From IMG/VR virus record IMGVR_UViG_3300042562_001169: DNA of 45,523 nt; one strand, given 5' to 3'. Position numbers and translations under genes: made by a program. The notes under the pieces are model-generated. The model saw only the letters and a list, made by a program, of their open reading frames with translations. It was not told the DNA's origin and did no database searches. This DNA comes from a virus (taxonomy: Duplodnaviria > Heunggongvirae > Uroviricota > Caudoviricetes). Below are positions 9,078-19,100 of the stretch, in pieces; position 1 is the stretch's first letter, and every line of letters starts with the position of its first letter.

Positions 9078-9864
9078 ATTAAAAAAAATTGATGATAAGT
9101 GGGTTATTGAATACTCAGGTGTTTCATATAAAGGTGGTAATCCAAAACAATTAGGTAATTACACAAAAAAAGTTGAGAAAAAAACTTTACCATTACATCC
9201 TAATTTTGTTACAATGACAGATTATGTTTGGGTTAAAGGTATTAAGGTTTACGATGGTGACGAGGTTGAATTTACTCAAGTATTAGTTAATCCTATGGGA
9301 AGAGAAGTTGACCCGAATGATTTAGGTAAAAATCTCTCAAAATGTAAATGGTACGCTAAACCCTCTTTAGTAGAAAAAGAAGAACAAAAACAACATCTAA
9401 TTGATATGATGAAATCTGATGAAGAGTTGGGTTTGTATGATGAACCTAAACAAGAATTATCTAAAGATGAAATTGATAAGTTTTTTGTTGATATGATTTG
9501 TAATCCTAAACAAGAATTATCTGTAAGACTACAAAATTCATTAAAACAATTCAATCTAACTTTAGAAGAAGCAATGAATACAGAAACGTACAAACTAAAA
9601 CAAATTGGATTTGGAAACAGAAGTATTATTGAGTTGCAAAGTTTTAAATCTAAACAAGAAATTAAACTTGAGGATATCTTTAACGATGAGAAAAGAGAAG
9701 GAGCTAAAAGAGTAATTCATCAACATAAAGTTTTGAAAGGTTTGTATTTAATCAACCCTGTTCATTTGGAAATGACAAGTGATGGTCACGGAGAATTTCC
9801 GGATGGTTATAAATTGACTCATAAAGGTATTCAATATATTATTAACCAATTAAATAAAGAATAA
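9067..9864 (+). CDS. Mosaic hypothetical protein containing an RNA polymerase alpha-CTD-like segment
   Basis: ELSVRLQNSLK...FGNRSIIEL resembles alpha-CTD LSVRSxNCLK...FGxKSLxE; PKQE-linked modules. Confidence 0.7.
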   Translation: MKGRLKKIDDKWVIEYSGVSYKGGNPKQLGNYTKKVEKKTLPLHPNFVTMTDYVWVKGIKVYDGDEVEFTQVLVNPMGREVDPNDLGKNLSKCKWYAKPSLVEKEEQKQHLIDMMKSDEELGLYDEPKQELSKDEIDKFFVDMICNPKQELSVRLQNSLKQFNLTLEEAMNTETYKLKQIGFGNRSIIELQSFKSKQEIKLEDIFNDEKREGAKRVIHQHKVLKGLYLINPVHLEMTSDGHGEFPDGYKLTHKGIQYIINQLNKE

Positions 9865-9867
9865 GAA

Positions 9868-10284
9868 ATGAGCGAGAATAACAAACCAAGAGTGTATACT
9901 TCAGAAATCTTAAAAGATATGATATCAAAAATCACACCGGAAGAATTGGCGTTAACTGAGATTGAAATGATGAATATGGTTTATGAGGATACCTACACCA
10001 ATAAAGAAATTAGAACTTGGTGGTTAAACCAAACTGAGGAAAGAAGACGAAATATGGTTCGTGAATATTTCAAAGGTGGTAATAGTGAAAACATCAACAC
10101 ATTATACGGAATTATGCCGGAAGAAATGGAGGAAATGTATAACATTAATGTTGATGTTGTTATAATGGATTGGGAAGAAATCTTATTTGATTTTATAGAT
10201 TTTTACCCGTGTCAATTACCTGACGAATTATTTGAATGGTTAAAAGAAAATTACGAAATACCAAAGAAAAAAAATGGATTATAA
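9868..10284 (+). CDS. Hypothetical protein
   Basis: 138 aa ORF in a tightly packed operon. Confidence 0.75.
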   Translation: MSENNKPRVYTSEILKDMISKITPEELALTEIEMMNMVYEDTYTNKEIRTWWLNQTEERRRNMVREYFKGGNSENINTLYGIMPEEMEEMYNINVDVVIMDWEEILFDFIDFYPCQLPDELFEWLKENYEIPKKKNGL

Positions 10285-10406
10285 TTATTGGCACAAACAA
10301 GTTATGATAAAGATGGGGATTCCTTTTACGGGATATCCGGTGATTATTGAGACGGAATGGGAAACTTTGGTGTTAAATAAAAATAATGGTAAATTTATAA
10401 GAAAAG

Positions 10407-10907
10407 ATGGAAAAGATTAAAGTTATATTTTTAGACATAGATGGAGTTCTTAATGTTTACTCCCACGACCACGATGAGTTTGGTAGTCAATTTCAACCCC
10501 AATTCGTCAATAACCTTAAACGAGTTATTGAAGAAACCGGAGCCAAGATTGTAATATCATCAACTTGGAGATATGCGGGTCTTGATAGGATGAAAGAAAT
10601 GTGGGAAAAGAGAAACTTACCTGGTGAGGTGATTGATATCACAGAGGATTGTACTTACTTATTTAATGAAGGTTTATTTGAATGGTTAGACCAAGTTGAG
10701 AGAGGTCACGAAGTTGAATATTGGTTAAATGAACATCCCGAAGTGGAAAAATATGTTATCTTTGACGACGATAATGATTTCTTACCAAATCAGAGAGGAA
10801 ATTTTGTTAGAACAGCAAACAACATCAATCATCCGGATTCGTTGGACATCGGTTATGGATTAACAAATGAATGTGCAAACAGAGCAATAAGAATATTAAA
10901 AGCGTAA
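10407..10907 (+). CDS. HAD phosphatase, Swiss-Army-Knife RNA-repair type
   Basis: IFLDIDGVLN, IVISSTWR, YVIFDD. Confidence 0.85.
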   Translation: MEKIKVIFLDIDGVLNVYSHDHDEFGSQFQPQFVNNLKRVIEETGAKIVISSTWRYAGLDRMKEMWEKRNLPGEVIDITEDCTYLFNEGLFEWLDQVERGHEVEYWLNEHPEVEKYVIFDDDNDFLPNQRGNFVRTANNINHPDSLDIGYGLTNECANRAIRILKA

Positions 10908-10911
10908 TAAA

Positions 10912-11094
10912 ATGAAAACCGTATTAAGAATAGTAAGTAGAGAAGGTAGTGAATTTATTGATATTCCAAACCCATACAATATGACACCGAGAAAAGACGA
11001 CCATTTTGTGTGGAAAGAAGAAAGTTATATGGTTTCTTGGGTTGAGTTTGATTTTGACACAAATACTTTGTATATTGTATCTGTAAATAATTAA
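10912..11094 (+). CDS. Hypothetical protein
   Basis: 60 aa ORF in the operon. Confidence 0.65.
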   Translation: MKTVLRIVSREGSEFIDIPNPYNMTPRKDDHFVWKEESYMVSWVEFDFDTNTLYIVSVNN

Positions 11095-11097
11095 GAG

Positions 11098-11277
11098 ATG
11101 GAAAAGTTAGAAACAGAAACGGTTACAGAATACTTGGAACGAATTGAAAACCAATTTAATCACCATTCTGGTAATATTGAAACCATCTTCAAAGAGATGA
11201 GAGAAAAGGGTGTAAAAATTTGTAGTAATTGTGGTTGTTCCATCTACAAAGATAAAGAACATAAATGTGAAGAATAA
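11098..11277 (+). CDS. Small protein with a C-terminal Zn-binding motif (59 aa)
   Basis: MEKLETETV...CSNCG...EHKC; fills the operon gap. Confidence 0.65.
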   Translation: MEKLETETVTEYLERIENQFNHHSGNIETIFKEMREKGVKICSNCGCSIYKDKEHKCEE

Positions 11278-11278
11278 T

Positions 11279-11536
11279 ATGAAAACATACACAAAAGGAA
11301 ACGTAATAGTTGAGGAGATTAAAGTTGGAGATATTCATTATGAATATGAATTGGGGGTTGGTATTAAATGTGAGGTAACAACGTTACCAACATTAAATGA
11401 GACCGGTCAATACATTTGGGAAAGTAAGAATTTGAGGACGGGTAATATTATCCAATATTTGGTTGACCCAAAATACTCACATTATTCGGCAAATCTCTAT
11501 GATTACGAAGCGTATAAAGTTAATACATACATATAA
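11279..11536 (+). CDS. Hypothetical protein (likely start 11279, MKTYTKG)
   Basis: Start chosen to abut the upstream stop. Confidence 0.7.
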   Translation: MKTYTKGNVIVEEIKVGDIHYEYELGVGIKCEVTTLPTLNETGQYIWESKNLRTGNIIQYLVDPKYSHYSANLYDYEAYKVNTYI

Positions 11537-11537
11537 G

Positions 11538-11705
11538 ATGCAAAACACATTCACAATAGACGAGATTAGAAAGTATATTCTATCACAGGATAGTATAGGT
11601 GATATCCTTTACAATTTAAGTGTCTCAAAAATACTTGAGGCAAATGAACCGGAAGAGGAAGAAGAAGATGATGAAGATGATTTTAATTTTGAAATAAGGA
11701 TATGA
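11538..11705 (+). CDS. Hypothetical protein with acidic tail (likely start 11538)
   Basis: MQNTFTIDEIRKY...EEEEEDDEDD. Confidence 0.65.
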   Translation: MQNTFTIDEIRKYILSQDSIGDILYNLSVSKILEANEPEEEEEDDEDDFNFEIRI

Positions 11706-11989
11706 TAAATCCCGAACAATTACAAGAAGGGTGGGTTAAATTCAGTAGAGTTCCCTGTGTAGAAGGATGTATTGATGTTTGGTATGGTGATTGTGCTCAT
11801 AACCCAAATAGTGAAATTAAACCACATTGGAACTTAAATGGTTTCAGAACCTATGTCAGATTAAATGGTGAGGGAAAATGGTTTAGTAATGATTATAGAA
11901 GAGGTTTAAAGAGTTTTACTATGGAAATGGGTGAAGTATCTACATCACAGGAAATTTGGGACGAAATAAGTAAATTTAACGAAGAATGA
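11702..11989 (+). CDS. Hypothetical protein
   Basis: 4-nt start/stop overlaps with both neighbours. Confidence 0.7.
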   Translation: MINPEQLQEGWVKFSRVPCVEGCIDVWYGDCAHNPNSEIKPHWNLNGFRTYVRLNGEGKWFSNDYRRGLKSFTMEMGEVSTSQEIWDEISKFNEE

Positions 11990-12387
11990 AAGGAATTATA
12001 AAAGTTAGAAGTTTTGATTCATTAAAGAAATTGAATTACAAACGAGCAAAAGGGAAAAGTGTAAATATTAAATCGTTGAATAGTTTAACCGACCGGACAA
12101 TCATTACCTTAGAAAAATTGGACCTTTTAACGCCCGAATTATTGTGGGAATTAATTGAAAGAAAAAAATATTTTAATATTGAAGAATATAAATTAGAATG
12201 GTTGATGGAACGTAGAAGAAAATCACTACCTTTGTCTCCTGAAGGAATGGAAGCGTATGTTAATCATTTTTCAGATGTCAAAATAGCGGTTTTAAGAATC
12301 CCGTATGAAATAAGAATAATTGGTGAGTATAAAAATTACATATACAAAAGAGAAAAAGATGAAAACGAACAAAATACTGTTTCTTGA
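11986..12387 (+). CDS. Hypothetical protein
   Basis: ATGA overlap. Confidence 0.7.
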   Translation: MKGIIKVRSFDSLKKLNYKRAKGKSVNIKSLNSLTDRTIITLEKLDLLTPELLWELIERKKYFNIEEYKLEWLMERRRKSLPLSPEGMEAYVNHFSDVKIAVLRIPYEIRIIGEYKNYIYKREKDENEQNTVS

Positions 12388-12943
12388 TAACGATGGTGTT
12401 ATCTGTTTAGATAATAATTGGGGTGGACGTTCCAAAAAATGGAGTGAGTATAAAAAACTTAATCCTGAGGCGACTAGTGATACTATGGCTCCCGTTGAAG
12501 TGAGATTTGACAACTTTGATAAAAAAGCTGTTAAGGTATTAAATGAAATCTTGGAAGAAACCGGTGCTGAAATCGTTGTTTCCTCTGATTGGAGATTACA
12601 CGCAACATTGGAAGAACTTGGTGAGTATTACCTATCAAAAGGAATCTCAAAAGCCCCAATCGCATTCACCAAACGATACATAGGTTGTGATAAACCTGAT
12701 GAATTTGAATGGACAAGAAGAACAATGTATGAACAACAAAGATGTATAGAAGTTAGACAATATCTAACGGACCATCCGGATGTAACTCATTGGGTTTGTG
12801 TCGATGATTTGGAACTAGGTGAAACAGATACTCACGATAGAGAACAAAAGTGGGGATTATCCAATTTTGTTCATACACCAAGAGCTAGTGAGGGAATCAA
12901 ACAGTCCGGGGTTAAAGATAAAATGTTACAATACTTAAAATAA
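12359..12943 (+). CDS. Second HAD phosphatase, Swiss-Army-Knife RNA-repair type (likely start 12359)
   Basis: ILFLDNDGVI, IVVSSDWR, WVCVDD. Confidence 0.85.
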   Translation: MKTNKILFLDNDGVICLDNNWGGRSKKWSEYKKLNPEATSDTMAPVEVRFDNFDKKAVKVLNEILEETGAEIVVSSDWRLHATLEELGEYYLSKGISKAPIAFTKRYIGCDKPDEFEWTRRTMYEQQRCIEVRQYLTDHPDVTHWVCVDDLELGETDTHDREQKWGLSNFVHTPRASEGIKQSGVKDKMLQYLK

Positions 12944-12944
12944 T

Positions 12945-13406
12945 ATGGAAAGAATAGAACATAAAACATTCAAAGATAACAGAGGGTCTTACACACCCAT
13001 TTCAACGACTGAATTAGACCTAAAGTGGACTCAGTGTTCAATTAGTGTCAACGATAAGGAATATACCTTTAGAGGACTTCATTATCAGTTAAATCCCCCA
13101 CAGACAAAGTATATTAAAGTAGTTCAGGGTTCGATTGTTGATTTTATGGTTGATTTACAAACAGGTGAAACCGATTATATTGTTCTTCGTGATTCTGACT
13201 CGGTATTAATTCCAAATGACAAAGCTCACGGATTCTTAACTTTGGAACCCAACACAATTGTGGTTTATTTGGCGGAAGGAGAATACAACCCGGAATCAGA
13301 ACATAGTATTGTTTGGACAACTAATCCGGTTGTTAAAGACGTTGTTAAAAATTTTACCGGTTTACACCCATTAGTTATATCTGAAAAAGATGCCATAGGT
13401 AAATAA
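12945..13406 (+). CDS. rmlC: dTDP-4-dehydrorhamnose 3,5-epimerase-like cupin
   Basis: FKDNRG, TFRGLHYQ, GSIVDF.VDL, AHGFLTL, YNPESE.SI.W. Confidence 0.8.
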   Translation: MERIEHKTFKDNRGSYTPISTTELDLKWTQCSISVNDKEYTFRGLHYQLNPPQTKYIKVVQGSIVDFMVDLQTGETDYIVLRDSDSVLIPNDKAHGFLTLEPNTIVVYLAEGEYNPESEHSIVWTTNPVVKDVVKNFTGLHPLVISEKDAIGK

Positions 13407-13432
13407 TACCTGAATGACTGATATTTATCAGT

Positions 13433-13936
13433 ATGATGCAATACTTCACTGAAATCCTTAAAACATTTTCAATAGCCCAACGTATTTGGGCTTTGATTAT
13501 TTTATGTATATCCGTCTTTTTTATAACATTTGGTTCAGATGTTATTGACGCGTTAAAACCGGACCAAACACAACAGAATTTGGTCATTAAGAGACAAAGA
13601 ATTATGATTACATCTCTTAACACCCAATTGGATACTTTGTCCTTTAGAGTTGATGATTTGACTCAGGAAGTAATTAACGGACAATCTGAATGTTCCTATA
13701 AAAGGATTCAAAGAGAGAAAGAGATAATTGCTCAGATTGATGAATTAGAAAATATGTTGAGAGGTAGTCTTAGACAAAAAGAAAGAATGGTAAAACGTAA
13801 TGAAGGACCTGGCTCATCAAATCCTGACAACGATAGTGTTGTTCGAGATGAGGTTAAAGTGATTGATGATGATAACACTGAAGAGGTCATATCCGCTTTA
13901 TGTAAGTTAAAAAATAAGATTAAAAATAAGAAATGA
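13433..13936 (+). CDS. Single-TM coiled-coil protein
   Basis: N-terminal TM helix followed by heptads. Confidence 0.7.
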   Translation: MMQYFTEILKTFSIAQRIWALIILCISVFFITFGSDVIDALKPDQTQQNLVIKRQRIMITSLNTQLDTLSFRVDDLTQEVINGQSECSYKRIQREKEIIAQIDELENMLRGSLRQKERMVKRNEGPGSSNPDNDSVVRDEVKVIDDDNTEEVISALCKLKNKIKNKK

Positions 13937-14286
13937 GACTAATAATTACTGAAAACCAACATAATAAATTAAGAATCGTTAAAAAATCTGATTTAGATGA
14001 TTCCGGGACTTGGTCAGCGGATGTATTAACACATAAAAGTGAGGGTAAAAATATATACACTTATAGTGATGGTGTTTTTACAAAAAGAGAAAAAAAACCA
14101 TTGGAAAGAGGTGTCACTCGTCACGGGGGTAGTAGAACAGAAATTTTCTATTTAACTGATGAACAAGCCGAACAAGCCAATGATTTAATAAATCAATCTC
14201 GTGAATTGGAGAGACAAGCTAAGGAATTACGTCAACAAGCCAAAGACGTTATACAACAAGAATTTCATTTACCACAAAAACGATAA
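13933..14286 (+). CDS. Hypothetical protein with MRLIITENQ N-terminus
   Basis: ORF with overlapping start. Confidence 0.7.
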   Translation: MRLIITENQHNKLRIVKKSDLDDSGTWSADVLTHKSEGKNIYTYSDGVFTKREKKPLERGVTRHGGSRTEIFYLTDEQAEQANDLINQSRELERQAKELRQQAKDVIQQEFHLPQKR

Positions 14287-14288
14287 AT

Positions 14289-14312
14289 AAAAAACCCCCT
14301 TGATTGGGGGTT
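14289..14312. terminator. Bidirectional terminator
   Basis: AACCCCC/GGGGGTT between convergent genes. Confidence 0.8.
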
Positions 14313-14317
14313 AATTT

Positions 14318-14590
14318 TTACTCTTGACTTGTAGCGTCTTTAATCTTTTTCTTTGTGTTTGTGAATTTATCCACTGAAGATAATCCTAAACAACCAAAAG
14401 CTAATAATGCAACTGCATCAACTAAATAAGGTGCCGGAGCAACATCTACTGTTGAAAAACTATTGTGATACATTGTAATACAAAGCATTACCGAACACAT
14501 AATACCAACAAATCTTTTCGATGATACAATTCCGTGTTCGTCAGTGAACAACCCTTTAATTCCACCATAAATACTCGAAAAAATACCCAT
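14318..14590 (-). CDS. Small two-TM protein (holin-like topology)
   Basis: SSKRF followed by two TM helices and a charged tail. Confidence 0.6.
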   Translation of the reverse strand: MGIFSSIYGGIKGLFTDEHGIVSSKRFVGIMCSVMLCITMYHNSFSTVDVAPAPYLVDAVALLAFGCLGLSSVDKFTNTKKKIKDATSQE

Positions 14591-14619
14591 AATTTTTAAT
14601 TTTTATTGTTTATGGTAAA

Positions 14620-14754
14620 TTAACGTCCTTGTCCTTGGTAGTTTCGTTCTGTCCTATCGTGTTTGTTTTTTGATTTTTTGTGTTTACCGGAAAACTTTTT
14701 CTTATTAAAAGAAAGTTTAGTACTAGAAGAAGAACCACCTTTTGGTTTTGCCAT
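14620..14754 (-). CDS. 44-aa Lys-rich basic peptide ending YQGQGR
   Basis: MAKPKGGSSSSTKLSFNKKKFSGKHKKSKNKHDRTERNYQGQGR; TATTTAT motif upstream on the minus strand. Confidence 0.75.
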   Translation of the reverse strand: MAKPKGGSSSSTKLSFNKKKFSGKHKKSKNKHDRTERNYQGQGR

Positions 14755-14888
14755 TTTGATTAAGGTTTAATACGTTTATTTACTCATATATAAATATCTC
14801 ATAAAATAAAAAAGGGGACGTAGCGATACTTCCCCTTTATTTTGTTACCATCACTGATAACGGTCCTAAACGTCCCCAATGGTGGGGT

Positions 14889-16166
14889 TTATTTTTCCTT
14901 AACTAAGATTAAACATCTTTTAAGGTATTCTTTTGCTCTTGAAGATGGGTCTTTGTGTGCCAACACTTTTTCAATGTCTTTAACAAGGTCTTCCCCGTGT
15001 TCATTTTCTTTATATAACTCAATAACTTTATCCATAGCTTTTTGACATTCATTATTTGTTTCATCAAAATAATTTTTGTTTCTAAAAGTGTTAATGTGGT
15101 TCATTAAGTTATAAGCCAAATGTTCACCAGAATCTTCAATACCATTGTGTAATCTCAAAGTTCTTAAAACATCTAAAGTATCAACCATTCCGTTAATACC
15201 ACCATCACGTTTTAAAACACTTGAAGTGTAGTTACTAAAGTTATCCGATGGACCAACCATTGTATCTAAAGGGATTATGTTACCGGCAACACACCTTGGT
15301 TTTTGGTCTTGTTCTTTTTCTGAATCTTGTTCAATTAGATGTTTTCTAATTGATTGTTTAAGTTCTATTTCGTTGATTACTATTTTATTCATTTTTAATT
15401 TTCTATTATTAAATGTTGATTCCGTTGTTAATGTTTTATTGTGTAAATATATTGCATTATCATAAATGTTATTAACAAGACTTCCAAAATCTTTATTTCT
15501 ATATTCTCCAGCATTATGATGTATCACATTTTTTAACGCAGTTAAAACAATTTTTTCGTCAATATTAAGTAATTTTGATATTTTTTCAGATAAAAATTTT
15601 AGATTTTCTTCTTTTAATTTAGATAATGATTCTTCATAATTATCATCCCAACTATTCAAATGATTTCTCATTAAATCCATCAAATCACTATATTCGTCTT
15701 GATTTCTAATACTGTTATCTTCATTCCCATTTGATTTTAAAAATTCAACAAAAGATGAATATATCCCCGGAATTTTTTTTGAATATGGTAAAAAATGTCT
15801 CATAACAACACTATCATTTTCATAAATTTTCATTTTTACCGGAAAATCATAAGTTCTTACATTTTTAAACGGATTTGAACTATCTGTGAAAATCATATCA
15901 TTATTATAATGATGTAAATCAATGTATATTTGGTAATGGTCGTTGTTTTTTTTATATTTAATAACTAAGTTTTCAGGATGATTTGTTAATAAATCTATAA
16001 TTGTTTTAAAAAGTAATTTATCTTTTACCGTTAATCCATATTTAAGTAATTGTTCTATAATTTTTAGAAATATTTTTTTACCAAATAATTTTATGGCTAC
16101 TGATGCAGTAATAATACCCGCAGTATTAACCAATAAACTATGTAAATCCTCATTTATTTTTTTCAT
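14889..16166 (-). CDS. Hypothetical protein (425 aa)
   Basis: Long ORF, upstream TATTTAT on the minus strand. Confidence 0.85.
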   Translation of the reverse strand: MKKINEDLHSLLVNTAGIITASVAIKLFGKKIFLKIIEQLLKYGLTVKDKLLFKTIIDLLTNHPENLVIKYKKNNDHYQIYIDLHHYNNDMIFTDSSNPFKNVRTYDFPVKMKIYENDSVVMRHFLPYSKKIPGIYSSFVEFLKSNGNEDNSIRNQDEYSDLMDLMRNHLNSWDDNYEESLSKLKEENLKFLSEKISKLLNIDEKIVLTALKNVIHHNAGEYRNKDFGSLVNNIYDNAIYLHNKTLTTESTFNNRKLKMNKIVINEIELKQSIRKHLIEQDSEKEQDQKPRCVAGNIIPLDTMVGPSDNFSNYTSSVLKRDGGINGMVDTLDVLRTLRLHNGIEDSGEHLAYNLMNHINTFRNKNYFDETNNECQKAMDKVIELYKENEHGEDLVKDIEKVLAHKDPSSRAKEYLKRCLILVKEK

Positions 16167-16208
16167 AACTAAAATTCTTTTATACTATAAATATAGTGAT
16201 AAATAGAA

Positions 16209-16616
16209 TTATTTAGTAACACTATCAATTAAGTTCTGTATTTTTTTTCTACCTTTATCACCGATAGGGATAGCGTTACCCCCTTCGTCAATCATAACGA
16301 ATTTAATGTTTGTTCTCAAAACAATTACTTGATTACCGGTATATACGTTGTGAGCACGTGCCTCCATATATAAGGTAACGGATGTTGTTCCGATGGATGA
16401 TGGTGAACCATAAATTTTTAATAGTTGCCCTTCTTTTGCGGGTTTCTCAAAAAAACATTTGTCAATAGATACTGTAACCATTCTTGGTGTGTCACATAAT
16501 TGCATTGAATATCCCGCGGCGGCAGCGTCAATCCACGCGAGTAATTTTCCCCCGAAGAGGTTTCCGTGAAATCCTAAGTCGGATTTTTTAATTGGGTGTG
16601 TGTTTAATAATTCCAT
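16209..16616 (-). CDS. Hotdog-fold acyl-CoA thioesterase (YciA-like)
   Basis: DLGFHGNLFGGKLLAWID, VTVSID..F.KP..G, IGTTS. Confidence 0.9.
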   Translation of the reverse strand: MELLNTHPIKKSDLGFHGNLFGGKLLAWIDAAAAGYSMQLCDTPRMVTVSIDKCFFEKPAKEGQLLKIYGSPSSIGTTSVTLYMEARAHNVYTGNQVIVLRTNIKFVMIDEGGNAIPIGDKGRKKIQNLIDSVTK

Positions 16617-16680
16617 ATGTTAAGTATAATAAAATTTTGGATATAAAACACATTAATTGATTATAAAAGTATTTATAGTT

Positions 16681-17652
16681 ATGATAAGTGAGAAACAAGT
16701 AAAATTAATAAATAAAATTGCGTCTAAAGATACATTCAAATACACAGGTGAAATAATTCAAGGTGTTGACCAACCTGCGGATATTGATTATAAATTTACA
16801 ATAACCGGTCATAAAAAACTGATGAGTGTTGGAGAATATTATGATTACCTATTACTTAAAGTTGTAATTACTGATGTTCACGACCCTGTAAGTAAATTAA
16901 TATTTAAACCTGAACCAACGGATACAGGTAAAGCGGTTGCTAGAATGTTTGAGAGTCAATTATATAGATTTTACTCAAGTTTAAATCAAGAAATTATGGA
17001 ATATCTGAAATATTTTAATGATTCCGGAGAAGAATTTGTAAGAACAACAATCGATGATTTAAGTTTTGATTTTAAAACCCCTGAAAACATAACAGAATCA
17101 AGAATGAGTAGATTAGCGATTAGAACAACGGTAACGGATATTGTTAATATATTAAAAAATGGTAAATCAGGAGAATTTAGATTACCTGATGTTGACGATG
17201 GTAGTGAATATAATTTCACAAATTTACCTTTTGGTTATTCACTTGATTTATATGTTGTAATAGATAATGATATTGAAAAATATGAAATGAACGGTCAAAT
17301 CACGGAAAATGATGTAATTCAAATAATAGTTAAATTTAACCCAAAAACATTAAGAAGAAATTTTTATAATATAATAGGGGAATTGAATGATATTGTTGCA
17401 CACGAGTTAGAACATTTATATCAATATTTTAGAGGTGAACACAAATTTAAAAAACAATCAAAGAAATCTTTTAAATATTACACAGAACCACAGGAGGTAG
17501 GTGCTCAAAGAATTGGGTTTAGAAGAGTTGCCAAATTAAGAAAATTACCATATAATGATGTAGTTAGAGATTGGTTTGAAACCCATAAAGAAATTCACGG
17601 ATTAACAGACGATGAAATGGAAAAAGTAATAGAAATTATAATTAATGGATAA
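16681..17652 (+). CDS. Hypothetical protein with C-terminal zincin motif (likely start 16681)
   Basis: AHELEH...E; TATTTAT at 16670-16676. Confidence 0.75.
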   Translation: MISEKQVKLINKIASKDTFKYTGEIIQGVDQPADIDYKFTITGHKKLMSVGEYYDYLLLKVVITDVHDPVSKLIFKPEPTDTGKAVARMFESQLYRFYSSLNQEIMEYLKYFNDSGEEFVRTTIDDLSFDFKTPENITESRMSRLAIRTTVTDIVNILKNGKSGEFRLPDVDDGSEYNFTNLPFGYSLDLYVVIDNDIEKYEMNGQITENDVIQIIVKFNPKTLRRNFYNIIGELNDIVAHELEHLYQYFRGEHKFKKQSKKSFKYYTEPQEVGAQRIGFRRVAKLRKLPYNDVVRDWFETHKEIHGLTDDEMEKVIEIIING

Positions 17653-18427
17653 TAGTGGACAAATAAGAGGTGTTATATCATATCTAACTAAACTAACACA
17701 CACTATTGATGAATTTAGATTTAAATTTGTTAATGTTAGTATTAATTCTGTAACTAGAAATATGAAATCTCAACCTGAGATTCAATATGATTTAGATATT
17801 ACCTCAAAAAAATCAGATATTCCTTATATATGGGATTTCTTCCATTGTAAGTCAAAACACATTATTGAAGAGGGTTGTGATATGGTTAGCGTTAGTTTTG
17901 GTGAGGTTTTTACTAATCTTAACGACATTTATTATGATGGTGTGAAAATACGTAAATATGGTGGGAATATCCCGGTATCATTTATTCAAAAAATATCTGA
18001 TGAGATACAACATTTAGGACCAAAACAAATAAAAGGACACTTTTGGTGTGGTGGTGAAAAAAAACAACTAATTTTAAATATTACTTATAAACTTTCAGAT
18101 GTTTATATTGACGATGGAATAACTACGGATGTTTCAGTTTATTGTCAGCAAGCATTAGTTAACGGGGAACTTTTGGAAAACATTCCTCAAGACCTTGCGG
18201 AAACTATTGTTGGATATATGACTGAAAGTGATGACCTTAGAATACCTTTAGATGGTATTGTTTGGGATGAAGTAACTAAATATATGGATTTAGAAGATTG
18301 TGAGTTATGGACACATACTTATACATATATTAGGAATATTGGAGATATTGAGATTGATGATTATAATTATGTTAATCAATCAACATTCTCAGGTAAAATG
18401 TGTGATTTTATTTCCGGAGATTATTAA
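17645..18427 (+). CDS. Hypothetical protein
   Basis: 260 aa ORF. Confidence 0.8.
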   Translation: MDNSGQIRGVISYLTKLTHTIDEFRFKFVNVSINSVTRNMKSQPEIQYDLDITSKKSDIPYIWDFFHCKSKHIIEEGCDMVSVSFGEVFTNLNDIYYDGVKIRKYGGNIPVSFIQKISDEIQHLGPKQIKGHFWCGGEKKQLILNITYKLSDVYIDDGITTDVSVYCQQALVNGELLENIPQDLAETIVGYMTESDDLRIPLDGIVWDEVTKYMDLEDCELWTHTYTYIRNIGDIEIDDYNYVNQSTFSGKMCDFISGDY

Positions 18428-19050
18428 CCTTTAAATCTTTTGATTAATTTAATTATAATTTCTTTTAAGGTTGAACTTGAAATTGTGATAATTCCGTAGG
18501 ATAATAATATTGTGACAATTTTATTAACATCCATAATTGAGAATTTACCTTCAGAAATTTGATGAATATAAGGTAATAACGGGATTAAAAACGCAAACCC
18601 TAATATATTACTTATTTTAAATAAAGTAATGTTAAGACTTTCCATAAATTCAAAAAACGTTTCATTCAATTCTTGTGTTTTAGAAAGAGTTACTTCAAAC
18701 TCACGTTCTAAACCTTTATCTGTAATTTTATCTTTAATTCTCTCAATTAATTTTGGACTATTATAGAAGAATGTCGCAATTGCTCCGGTAAGTAATAAAC
18801 TAATCTCAACATCATTCATAGACGGATATTTCCCTTCAAGGAAATCACCAACAGGTCCCATAAGACCACCGATAGACGCTCCGAATGTTAACAAGGCGGC
18901 TTTATCTCCACCCATAATTTCTTTAATTTGAGAGGTAATTAATTTACCCACATCACTATTTCGTTTTAAAATACTACCAAATTCACGTCCAATTGATTCG
19001 TTAAGTAACATTCTTTCTTGTGATTCGGTAATTAAAATATTCATTTCCAT
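18424..19050 (-). CDS. Membrane protein with ILITESQ N-terminus
   Basis: Several hydrophobic helices. Confidence 0.75.
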   Translation of the reverse strand: MEMNILITESQERMLLNESIGREFGSILKRNSDVGKLITSQIKEIMGGDKAALLTFGASIGGLMGPVGDFLEGKYPSMNDVEISLLLTGAIATFFYNSPKLIERIKDKITDKGLEREFEVTLSKTQELNETFFEFMESLNITLFKISNILGFAFLIPLLPYIHQISEGKFSIMDVNKIVTILLSYGIITISSSTLKEIIIKLIKRFKG

Positions 19051-19100
19051 AATTATAAATACTTTAATTATATTTATTGTTATATAACATTTAAAAAAAT

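Noticed and set aside
12945-13406. Complete rhamnose or DNA-glycosylation pathway
   Set aside because: Only the RmlC-like gene is present; no rmlA, rmlB, rmlD or glycosyltransferase in the window.
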